In this document: positions 49,400 through 57,249 of the stretch, piece by piece
How positions within the stretch are numbered: position 1 is the first letter of the stretch
How the letters are laid out: every line of letters begins with the position of its first letter
Assembly (NCBI GenBank): GCA_052139855.1
Contig: JBKQVS010000155.1
Span: 2,183 to 66,182 of the forward strand
Origin: Desulfobaccales bacterium
GTDB lineage: Bacteria; Desulfobacterota; Desulfobaccia; Desulfobaccales; 0-14-0-80-60-11
Reading direction: 5' to 3'
Length of the DNA: 64,000 nucleotides
Notes under the pieces: generated by a model
Told to the model about the DNA's origin: nothing
The model's database searches: none
The model's input: the letters and a program-made list of their open reading frames with translations, nothing else
Program-made: the position numbers and the translations under genes

Positions 49400-51151
49400 C
49401 TACTCTCTGAACCGCGTGGTCTGGTAGTGTTCCCGAATCACCCGGTTGAGATAGGCATCCAGGTCGCAGAGGGCCTCCCGGGTCAGGATGAACTGGTCCT
49501 GGGAAGTCCGGTCCCGCACCAGTTTCAAGGCGTATTCCAGGTCCTTGGCCATCTCCTGGCACACGGCCAGGGCCGAGGTCTCCCGAACTACGGCCTGCCG
49601 CAGAATCTCATCTATGGCCTCAGGTTCGAAATGGAGTTGAATCCCGTGTTGGTTCAAAAACTTTTCTGAGAAACGGCCCACCTGGTCATGCAGCCGGGCC
49701 AGATCTTCCATGGCGGTCTTTAAGTCACAATCCCAGTGATGGTACAGGTCGGCCAGTAATTCCACCCTGGTTTCGGTGAGTGGCAGGTGGTACCGGTTGA
49801 GCAACTCCGGTTCCCGCCGCTGGATGGACCCTTTCAGGATCTCCCGCTCCTTGACGGCCGCCTGGCTGAATCTCGCCATGTGATCGGGGTCCTCGGGGTG
49901 AGCCAGCAGGCGCTCCAGTTCCTCCCCGGGGTACTGCACCAGTTCCGGCGTGACCACCACGTGTTTGACCTCTGTGGAAGGCAGCCGCTTTTCGAACTGT
50001 ATGAGCACCCGTTCGATGACGCTTACCAGGCCCCGTGCCCCGGTTTTCTCGATGGCGGCCTGGGCCGCCAACATCTTCAGGGCCTCGTCTTCAAAGGTGA
50101 TATCAATGCCGTAAGCCCGGAAGTCCCGCTTCTTGCTGGTGATAATGGGGTTGTTGGGGTTCTGCAGGATATCATAGAGGTCATCGGCCGTGAGTTCATC
50201 CAGCACCGCGATCACCGGCAGGCGGCCCACGAATTCCGATTCAAAACCATATTTGATCAGGTCTTCTGAGGTCACATGCTTGAGAAAAGTCCGGTCCAGT
50301 TCCCGGGAGGTCATCTCGCCCCGGAAGCCGATCTCCTGCTTGCTGATGCGCTCCTTGACAATCTTATCCAGGCCGTTGAAGGCGCCGCTGACGATGAACA
50401 GGATGTGCCGGGTGTTGAGGGTGCGTTTATCCTTTTTGCCGGTGCGCCGGTAGTGCTCGATGGCCTGAATCTGGGAAACCGGGTCATGGGCCACCTTCAG
50501 GTCCACCTCGGTCTCTTCCATGGGCTTCAGCAAGGCCCGCTGCACCCCGGTGCGCGACACATCCGGCCCCCCCCAGGCGTGCCCGGCCGAGGCGATCTTG
50601 TCGATTTCGTCAATATAGATGATGCCGTATTGGGCCAGTTCCAGGTCGTCGCCCGCGGCATAAACCAGGTCCCGCACCAAGTCTTCCACATCGCCGCCCA
50701 CGTAGCCGGTTTCGCTGAATTTCGTGGCATCGCCCTTGATGAACGGCACCCCGATCTTCTTGGCAATGAGTTTGACCAGGTAGGTCTTGCCCACCCCGGT
50801 GGGGCCGATCAGGATGATGTTGTTTTTAATGGAGCCCACCCCGGGTTCCGGGTCCCGGCCTAATTCCAGCGAATGGCGGATCCGGTTGAAATGGGTGCAG
50901 ACCTTGGTGGCCAGGATGGACTTGGCCAAATCCTGCTTGATGACGTACTCCTGGAGATATGCTTCCAACTCCTCCGGTTTCAGGTCGAATTTAATCCGGC
51001 CCAGGTTGGCGCCCTTGCCCTGACCCTCGTCATCTATCTCCGGTTTGGCCACCCAATGCGGCGCCATCACTTTAATCCGGCTGCCATATTTTTTGGTGAG
51101 GTAGTCACTCAGTTCTTTTTCCAGCTCTTTGGGATCGGGGATTTTTTCCAT
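49400..51151 (-). CDS. ClpX-like AAA+ ATPase lacking the N-terminal zinc finger, with a ~170-aa C-terminal extension
   Basis: 583 aa. Walker A LIGPTGVGKT, Walker B IIYIDEIDK, a ClpX/HslU-like GDATKFSETGYVGGDVE segment and an IGF-like loop (KQEIGFRGE) are present. It lies 9 nt upstream of the radical SAM gene. Confidence 0.75.
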   Translation of the reverse strand: MEKIPDPKELEKELSDYLTKKYGSRIKVMAPHWVAKPEIDDEGQGKGANLGRIKFDLKPEELEAYLQEYVIKQDLAKSILATKVCTHFNRIRHSLELGRDPEPGVGSIKNNIILIGPTGVGKTYLVKLIAKKIGVPFIKGDATKFSETGYVGGDVEDLVRDLVYAAGDDLELAQYGIIYIDEIDKIASAGHAWGGPDVSRTGVQRALLKPMEETEVDLKVAHDPVSQIQAIEHYRRTGKKDKRTLNTRHILFIVSGAFNGLDKIVKERISKQEIGFRGEMTSRELDRTFLKHVTSEDLIKYGFESEFVGRLPVIAVLDELTADDLYDILQNPNNPIITSKKRDFRAYGIDITFEDEALKMLAAQAAIEKTGARGLVSVIERVLIQFEKRLPSTEVKHVVVTPELVQYPGEELERLLAHPEDPDHMARFSQAAVKEREILKGSIQRREPELLNRYHLPLTETRVELLADLYHHWDCDLKTAMEDLARLHDQVGRFSEKFLNQHGIQLHFEPEAIDEILRQAVVRETSALAVCQEMAKDLEYALKLVRDRTSQDQFILTREALCDLDAYLNRVIREHYQTTRFRE

Positions 51152-51212
51152 GGTCTCGTGGGGAGGACTGACTTCATCAATAATGCCAAGCCAGCCTTGC
51201 TGTTTTCTTTAA

Positions 51213-51241
51213 ATTATAACCATCTACCAGCACGTGTGCAA
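51213..51241 (-). promoter_or_regulatory. Sigma-70-type promoter TTGCAC-17 nt-TATAAT for the ClpX-like gene
   Basis: Read on the minus strand: TTGCAC (51241-51236), a 17-nt spacer, then TATAAT (51218-51213). It lies about 60 nt upstream of ATG 51151. Confidence 0.45.
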
Positions 51242-51566
51242 GTTAAGCTGAAACAAGCTCAATCCTGATAATTTTTTAATCAAACTGGAGACTCCATGGA
51301 TTTGCTTCCGTAATGCCGCCGCCAACGTTACCCTGCGATTGCCAAGATTTTGCTGATGCCGGTGAAAGTTCTCGTCATACCCGGGCTACCCGGCCGAAAC
51401 CGGGAGGGTGGGCGAGGCCGAACCCCTCGTCAGGGCCGGAGAGATTAGCGGCGATTGATCCGGGGATCACCTCCGTTAATCTTCTTGGCCGGAATCGTTT
51501 AAACTCGCCGCTTTTCTGCTGGAGTGGGTATAAGGGTCAAGCCGGGAACACCTTGATTTCGCAGAC

Positions 51567-51606
51567 AAAATGGTCCCAGATCGCCCAGGTTGAGCGATCT
51601 GGGACC
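51567..51606 (-). terminator. Rho-independent terminator of the Pro/Gly-repeat protein gene
   Basis: 13-bp perfect stem GGTCCCAGATCGC / GCGATCTGGGACC with a 9-nt loop, followed on the minus strand by ATTTTGT. It lies 18 nt after the stop. Confidence 0.65.
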
Positions 51607-51623
51607 TTGAACCGGCAGAAGAA

Positions 51624-52577
51624 CTACTGCTGCTTTTTTTCTTCACCACCCGTAGTCTTTTCAGGTTTACGCACCCCAGGACCAGTGGCGGCAGGTTTCT
51701 GAACGGCCGGCCCTGTGGCTCCGGGTTTTTGAACGGCTGGGCCCGCGGCGCCAGGGGGAGGACCCCCAGGACCTGTGCCTCCCGGTTTATGAACCACCGG
51801 AGCGGTGGCGCCAGCCGGAGCACCGCCGGGACCCGCGGTTCCACGAGGACGCACGCCGGGAGCAGTTGCTCCAGGGGGAGGGCTGCCAGGAACTGTGCCG
51901 CCGGGTTTCTGAACAGCTGGACCAGTGGGACCAGCGGGATGAAACCCGGGACCTGTGCCTCCGGGGGTGTGGACGGCTGGACCGGTGCCGCTGGTGGGAG
52001 GACCACCGGGACCGGTGGCTCTGGGTTCACGAACGGCCGGACCAGGGCCTACAGGGCCACGGACGCCGGTGCCAGGAGTTCCAGGGCCGCGCACGCCGTG
52101 ACCAGGAGCCTCAGGCGGACGGACGCCATGGAATCCTTGCTGCCAACCTTCCCCCTGGCCGCGATGGTGCGTATTATAAAAATTCTGGTCATAGTGCTGG
52201 CCAACCCGATGTCCGCGCCAATAGGGATACTTTTGGGTAAAAGTCTGCCAGTAATGCGGATTGTGTTGATACCACACATTCCACCTCGGCTCATACCACG
52301 TAAAGGGCCTGACAATATAGACGGTCGGATAAGCGTAATACGGGGCCCAGCCATATTGATTGCCGAAAAAATATTGCAGTATGCCATTTAAAAACCAATC
52401 ACCCTGGTAAAAGGTCCAAGGCGTATTAGGCCCAACCCACGGGGTCGCGTAAATATTCTGGGGCGGGGGTGGATAGTTATAGCCATACATCTGAGCGCAA
52501 GAAGGTGCGGACATCGTCCCGATCGCGCCTACAGCCAGCAAAATTGCCAGTGCAAAAATAACACTCAGCCTTCTCAT
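51624..52577 (-). CDS. Secreted hypothetical protein: aromatic-rich N-terminal domain + degenerate Pro/Gly tandem-repeat C-terminus
   Basis: Start at MRRLSVIF (ATG 52577, GGAGG Shine-Dalgarno), with a signal peptide. A Trp/Tyr-rich ~130-aa region is followed by at least 8 degenerate repeats of the type PG(G/A)TGPG..PPPGA.GPAV(Q/H/R)K, and a Lys/Glu tail. Confidence 0.55.
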   Translation of the reverse strand: MRRLSVIFALAILLAVGAIGTMSAPSCAQMYGYNYPPPPQNIYATPWVGPNTPWTFYQGDWFLNGILQYFFGNQYGWAPYYAYPTVYIVRPFTWYEPRWNVWYQHNPHYWQTFTQKYPYWRGHRVGQHYDQNFYNTHHRGQGEGWQQGFHGVRPPEAPGHGVRGPGTPGTGVRGPVGPGPAVREPRATGPGGPPTSGTGPAVHTPGGTGPGFHPAGPTGPAVQKPGGTVPGSPPPGATAPGVRPRGTAGPGGAPAGATAPVVHKPGGTGPGGPPPGAAGPAVQKPGATGPAVQKPAATGPGVRKPEKTTGGEEKKQQ

Positions 52578-52908
52578 ACATTCCTCCGCGAGGTGTAGCA
52601 TTTTGCCAAAATGTCCGATCTGTTCATTTAGATCACCCTAATTCTGAAAAGTTAATAATTTGTAATTATGCGGCACATTTCTGTCTCTGTCAAAAATTGA
52701 TGCGTAAAACCTCTTGCCTCGACGTTGAACCCTTAAAACCAGGTTATCGGCGAACTATCCTGCCCGCTCTTCCATACCGTTAACCCCTCCAGATTGATTT
52801 TTGCTCCAAAGAATAGTTGACCCCGTCTCGACTTGGCCCCACAATAGGGGAAAATTGATCCTACGCCCGGTTACCGTCCCCGGCGCTCACGTTGACCAAG
52901 GGAGAGAC

Positions 52909-53502
52909 ATGGATTCTGCTTTCCTGAAAGCCCTGGCCCTGGCCCGGCCTGACCCCGGCGGCGGTGCCGCCGCGGCCCACAGCGCCGCCCTGGGCTTGGC
53001 CCTGATCGAGAAAGTGGTCCGGCTGGAGCACCATCGCCAGGGGCCTTCGAAAAATCCCGGCCTCCCCTGGGACGATCTTCTGGCCCGGGTAAGCGTTGTG
53101 TCCGCCGCGCTCCGGCGCCTGCAGGCCGAGGATGTCCAGGCCTATTTTTCTCTTGCCAAGGCCTTGGCCGCAGAGGACCCCGAAACCCTGGCCGCGGCCC
53201 TGGAGGAGGCGGTGGCCTGTCCGTTAAGGATCATGCAGCAGACCCAGGAGGGTCTGGCCTTGATTTGCCAGAGCGGCAGCGGCTGTAAACTTCACCTGTT
53301 GGCTGACCTGCTGGTGGCCTGCGAGTTGCTGGGCGCCGCCTTTCGAGGCGCGCACCACATTGCCCGGGCCAACCTGCCGCTCATGCAACAGAACTTCAAG
53401 CGAGCCGTCTGGGCCGAGGAACTTACCCTGACGGTGTCGGCCATTGAGGCTGAGTTGCTCCAGGTGCGGGCCGAGCTCCTCAGAAGGCTGGCATGCTCCT
53501 GA
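52909..53502 (+). CDS. Cyclodeaminase/cyclohydrolase family protein (FTCD C-terminal domain-like)
   Basis: Start at MDSAFL (ATG 52909). PGGGAAAAHSAALGLALIEKV is the hallmark N-terminal motif of the formiminotetrahydrofolate cyclodeaminase family. Confidence 0.7.
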   Translation: MDSAFLKALALARPDPGGGAAAAHSAALGLALIEKVVRLEHHRQGPSKNPGLPWDDLLARVSVVSAALRRLQAEDVQAYFSLAKALAAEDPETLAAALEEAVACPLRIMQQTQEGLALICQSGSGCKLHLLADLLVACELLGAAFRGAHHIARANLPLMQQNFKRAVWAEELTLTVSAIEAELLQVRAELLRRLACS

Positions 53503-54260
53503 TCGTTACCGCGGACAATCTCAACATCCTCAACCCCCCGGTGGCCCAGGCCCTTGACGCCCTCGACCCCCACCCCCTCCAGGAACTGGCCCGCCGCTGT
53601 GAGGAGGCCGGAGCTAACCTCATCGACATCAACCCCGGATTTCTGCCTCCCCGGCGCCACGACCGCATGGGCTTCATGGTGGAAGCGGTGCAGCAGGTCA
53701 CCGGCCTGCGCCTCATCCTGGACAGCCCTAGCGCCCCGGTCCTGGCCCGGGGCCTGGCGGTGGCGGACCAGCCCCCCATCCTCAACGCCTGCACCCTGGA
53801 GACGGAAAAACTCCGGGACATTCTGCCCCTGGCGGCAAGGCATCAGACCGACCTGGTTCTCCTCCTCCTTGACGCCCACTCCCGCCCTGGGGCCTCCCTG
53901 GAAGAAAAACTCACCCTGGCCCTGACGCTCCGGGAACACGCCCTGGCCGCCGGCCTCACGGACGAGCAGTTGATTTTCGACCCGGTCATCCCCAACCTCG
54001 CCTGGCCCGACGCCTGGGCCCAGGTGGGCGAAGTCGTCAAGACCGTGCGGCTGCTGCATGGCGGCGGCCTTTGGGGCGAGCCGGCCCGGACCATGGCCGG
54101 CCTCTCCAACCTCAGGAGCGGCCTCCGGCACACCTATCCCCTCCGCGTCGAGGAAGCCGCCCTGGCGCTCCTGGCCGGGGCCGGGCTCAGCCTCGCCCTG
54201 GTGGACGTCCTCCAGCCCGGCCTGATGGAAACCGTCCGGGTCATTAAGCAAGCGGTTTGA
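53493..54260 (+). CDS. Pterin-binding (DHPS-like TIM barrel) domain protein, methyltetrahydrofolate methyltransferase-like
   Basis: 255 aa. It overlaps the preceding folate-related gene by 10 nt. ADNLNILNPPVAQAL...ELARRCEEAGANLIDINPG resembles the N-terminal strand and helix of pterin-binding domains. This is a moderate, memory-based call. Confidence 0.5.
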   Translation: MLLIVTADNLNILNPPVAQALDALDPHPLQELARRCEEAGANLIDINPGFLPPRRHDRMGFMVEAVQQVTGLRLILDSPSAPVLARGLAVADQPPILNACTLETEKLRDILPLAARHQTDLVLLLLDAHSRPGASLEEKLTLALTLREHALAAGLTDEQLIFDPVIPNLAWPDAWAQVGEVVKTVRLLHGGGLWGEPARTMAGLSNLRSGLRHTYPLRVEEAALALLAGAGLSLALVDVLQPGLMETVRVIKQAV

Positions 54261-54324
54261 AATTCGTGAGTAGTTTCTATCTTTGAGTTTTGTATTTGCA
54301 CAAAAGACTTAGAATATTAATATC

Positions 54325-54353
54325 TTGAAATTTCAATAGACAATCATTATTAT
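54325..54353 (+). promoter_or_regulatory. Candidate sigma-70 promoter TTGAAA-17 nt-TATTAT inside the AT-rich islet
   Basis: Read directly. It lies about 60 nt upstream of ATG 54413, and a GGAG Shine-Dalgarno sits 7 nt before that ATG. Confidence 0.4.
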
Positions 54354-54412
54354 ACGTATAATCTAAATGTTTAGTTCCAAGCGTTGTTCATTGTTTTTCA
54401 TGGAGCTATGAT

Positions 54413-55282
54413 ATGGAGATAGGACCTGCTGGACTCACGAAATTGGCCGAGATGATATGCGGTGACGCACCGTTTACATATTTTCCTTATAGGAGTTCTT
54501 CTTATTTAACTCGCTTTTTTCAAGAGCTTGACCTTGACTATGCCCATGATGGCACAACCCGAAGGCACTGGGTTCGCTCAGTCTTGGATGGAATAAACAA
54601 ACTTTCACCGTCTGGACCGAATATGCCTTCGCGAGCAATGGTGAAAGTGATTGAATATTTGCTACATCCTAATCATTTTATGACCAATTTAGACACAGAC
54701 CATGAAAAAGCCGTTGCTACTGTAAACGACTCGTTGAAGTCTTATGGACTTATGATAAGGATAGATAATCGTACCAAGAATGTTAAACTGACGCCTACTT
54801 ACGGTGAGTTTGTCTCCACTGCAACAGAAGATCGTGTGCCGGAGAAAGTGATTACATTTTGTCCTGAGGTCTTTCGAGTTCCTGAAAAACAACCTCAGGA
54901 CAAATTGATTGCAGTAATGATGCCTTTTCAGGCTGAGTTTCGTCAAACATACGATGCAATAAAGAAGGCCTGCATAGCGGCAGGTTTATTTTGCTTTCGG
55001 GCAGATGATATATGGGAGAATACAACATTTATTCAGGATATTTTCGAGCTTATCTATTGCTCGCGAGTTGTAGTTGTCGATTTTTCTGGCAAAAATCCTA
55101 ATGTAATGTATGAGACTGGAGTAGCTCATACTCTTGGGAAGCATGTCATTCCTATTACCCAATCCATTGATGATGTTCCATCAGATCTACGCCACCATAG
55201 AGTTCTAAAATATCTGCCAAATAGAGAGGGTTATGATTCACTTCAGTCAAACTTGGAAACACGGTTGAGGCGCCTTACATGA
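54413..55282 (+). CDS. Orphan two-domain protein: unassigned N-terminal domain (~165 aa) + C-terminal nucleoside 2-deoxyribosyltransferase-like / TIR-like Rossmannoid module
   Basis: 289 aa in a sharply AT-rich islet. The C-terminal pattern is KLIAVMMPF-(helix FRQTYDAIKKACIAAG)-FCFRADDI-(helix IQDIFELIYCSR)-VVVVDFSGKNPNVMYETGVAHTLGKHVIPI. This matches the beta-alpha pattern and the NV.[FY]E.G.A..LGK.V signature of NDT/DrHyd-type domains. Confidence 0.6.
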   Translation: MEIGPAGLTKLAEMICGDAPFTYFPYRSSSYLTRFFQELDLDYAHDGTTRRHWVRSVLDGINKLSPSGPNMPSRAMVKVIEYLLHPNHFMTNLDTDHEKAVATVNDSLKSYGLMIRIDNRTKNVKLTPTYGEFVSTATEDRVPEKVITFCPEVFRVPEKQPQDKLIAVMMPFQAEFRQTYDAIKKACIAAGLFCFRADDIWENTTFIQDIFELIYCSRVVVVDFSGKNPNVMYETGVAHTLGKHVIPITQSIDDVPSDLRHHRVLKYLPNREGYDSLQSNLETRLRRLT

Positions 55283-55468
55283 ATAAATTATAATTAATTT
55301 AAACTAACAATGGTCAAAACTAATCTTACATCTAATTGTCATAAATTTAAGTAGGTTACTAAGTCTGTGATATAGAAATCCAAGCCTGACATAAAAAATA
55401 AGAGGTCTTCATCCATCCACCGTCCTTTAGGCAATCTCACCGGTTTAAAAACCCATCAAACCAGGGCC

Positions 55469-57091
55469 TTGGAGCGCCTCTATCGCCGCAAGGTGCCGCC
55501 GGCCCAGATGGTTACCCCGGAGTTGGCCCGGCAGCTGGCCGAGATTTCCGCCGAGGTCCGCCGGCAGATCGGCGTCTTGGTCGACCGCCAGGGCGCCGTG
55601 GCCTACGTCATCGTCGGCGACGCCAAGGGTCTCCTCATCCCCACCCTGCCCCGGGAGCGCGGCGTCAAAGGCCGCCTCAAAGGCCTCCGCCTAATCCACA
55701 CCCACCTGGACGCCGGCCCTTTGAACCATGAGGATCTCATGGACCTGGCCCTGCTGCGCCTGGATGCGGTGGCCGCCCTGGCCGTAACCGGCGGCCAGCC
55801 CGGCGCCATCGAGATCGCCCACCTCCTGCCCCAGCCGGTATATGGGCAGAATTGGGCCATCCTGCAGGCCCGGCAGGTGGGCGCCCTGCACCTCGATTTC
55901 GAGGCCCTGATGGCTTCCCTGGAAGCGGAATTCTCCCGCCTGGCCCCTGCCGGCCCGGGTAAAAATCGGGAACGCGCCATCCTTATCGGCGTCTCCGGGG
56001 CCAACCGCCCCGCGACCGAGGATTCCCTGGAAGAGCTCAAGGAACTGGCCCGCTCCGCCGGTCTTAACGTCTCGGCCACCATCCTGCAGCGCCGCCCCCG
56101 GTTCGACCCCCGTTTTCTCATGGGCAAGGGCAAGCTCTCGGAACTGGTCATCCAGGCCCTCCAGCAGGGGGTGGACATGCTGGTGTTCGACGCCGAGCTC
56201 AGCCCCTCCCAGATGCGTTCCATCACCAACTTTTCCGAACTCAAGGTCATCGACCGCACCCAGCTCATCCTGGACCTGTTCGCCCAGCGGGCCCGCAGCC
56301 GGGAAGGCAAGCTCCAGGTCGAGATGGCCCAGGTGAAATATCTCCTGCCCCGGCTGGTGGGCAAAGGCGACGCCCTCTCCCGTCTCATGGGCGGCATCGG
56401 CGGCCGGGGCCCCGGGGAGTCCAAGCTGGAGATTGACCGCCGCCGCCTTAGGGAGCGCCTCCACCGGCTCCAACAAGACCTGTCCCGCATCAGGAATGAA
56501 CGCCGTGAGCGGCGTCAGCCCCGCCGCCGTCTGAACCTGCCCGTCCTCTCCATCATCGGCTACACCAACGCCGGCAAATCCACCCTGTTTAATGCCCTGA
56601 CCCACGCCGCGGTCCTGGCCGAAGACCGCCTCTTCGCCACCCTGGACCCCACCAGCCGCCGCCTTCGCTTCCCCAAAGAAAGGGAGGTGATCATCACCGA
56701 TACGGTGGGTTTCATCAAAAATCTGCCCAAGAATCTCCTGGAAGCCTTCAAAGCCACCCTGGAAGAACTGGAGGACGCCGACCTCCTGATCCACGTCATT
56801 GATCTCAGCAACCCGCGCTTCATGGAGCAAATGGCCGCGGTGGAGCACATCCTGACCTCCCTGGCCCTCCACGACAAACCGGTGCTCATGGTCTTCAACA
56901 AGCAAGACCTGGCGGACCCCAACCTGGCGGCCCCGCAATGCCGCATCCATCACGGGGTGGCCATCTCGGCCCTGGACGAAAACACTCTGCCGCCGCTCAT
57001 GGCCCGCCTGGAGTCCAAAGTGGAGGAAGTGCTGGCCCGCCGCGAGACTGCCCCTCCCAGGCGGAACCCGAGCTTCAAGACGCGGCCGTAG
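55469..57091 (+). CDS. hflX: GTPase HflX
   Basis: 540 aa from TTG 55469. The HflX N-terminal domain is followed by G1 (GYTNAGKST), G3 (DTVGF) and G4 (NKQD). HflX-like sequence (LGNLTGLKTHQTRA) continues in frame upstream of the first canonical start; see findings. Confidence 0.85.
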   Translation: MERLYRRKVPPAQMVTPELARQLAEISAEVRRQIGVLVDRQGAVAYVIVGDAKGLLIPTLPRERGVKGRLKGLRLIHTHLDAGPLNHEDLMDLALLRLDAVAALAVTGGQPGAIEIAHLLPQPVYGQNWAILQARQVGALHLDFEALMASLEAEFSRLAPAGPGKNRERAILIGVSGANRPATEDSLEELKELARSAGLNVSATILQRRPRFDPRFLMGKGKLSELVIQALQQGVDMLVFDAELSPSQMRSITNFSELKVIDRTQLILDLFAQRARSREGKLQVEMAQVKYLLPRLVGKGDALSRLMGGIGGRGPGESKLEIDRRRLRERLHRLQQDLSRIRNERRERRQPRRRLNLPVLSIIGYTNAGKSTLFNALTHAAVLAEDRLFATLDPTSRRLRFPKEREVIITDTVGFIKNLPKNLLEAFKATLEELEDADLLIHVIDLSNPRFMEQMAAVEHILTSLALHDKPVLMVFNKQDLADPNLAAPQCRIHHGVAISALDENTLPPLMARLESKVEEVLARRETAPPRRNPSFKTRP

Positions 57092-57171
57092 AGTGAGGGG
57101 AGTTTTATAGGAAGGCTTTGAGGAAGGGAGCAAAGAGCTCCTGACGAAAATTACGAAAAAACGAATCTGTT

Positions 57172-57205
57172 ATAGGGCGGCCTGTGGCCGCCTATATTTC
57201 TTCTT
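57172..57205 (+). terminator. Rho-independent terminator of hflX
   Basis: ATAGGGCGGCC-tgt-GGCCGCCTAT stem (one bulged G) followed by ATTTCTTCTT. Confidence 0.6.
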
Positions 57206-57249
57206 GGCGTATTTGTCTTTGCGTCTTTGCGCCTTTGCGTGAGATTTCT

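Noticed and set aside
49388-49402. The ClpX-like gene and the downstream radical SAM gene are in the same frame, separated by TAG plus 3 codons. This raised the possibility of read-through or pyrrolysine.
   Set aside because: The stop is TAG, with no Pyl context or machinery evident. The downstream gene has its own ATG and a complete family-typical N-terminus. The same frame is expected by chance one time in three.
57216-57239. Short tandem repeat TCTTTGCG TCTTTGCG CCTTTGCG, considered as a CRISPR or regulatory array.
   Set aside because: It has only three 8-nt units with no spacers, so it is far too short for CRISPR. It is probably a trivial microsatellite between convergent genes.
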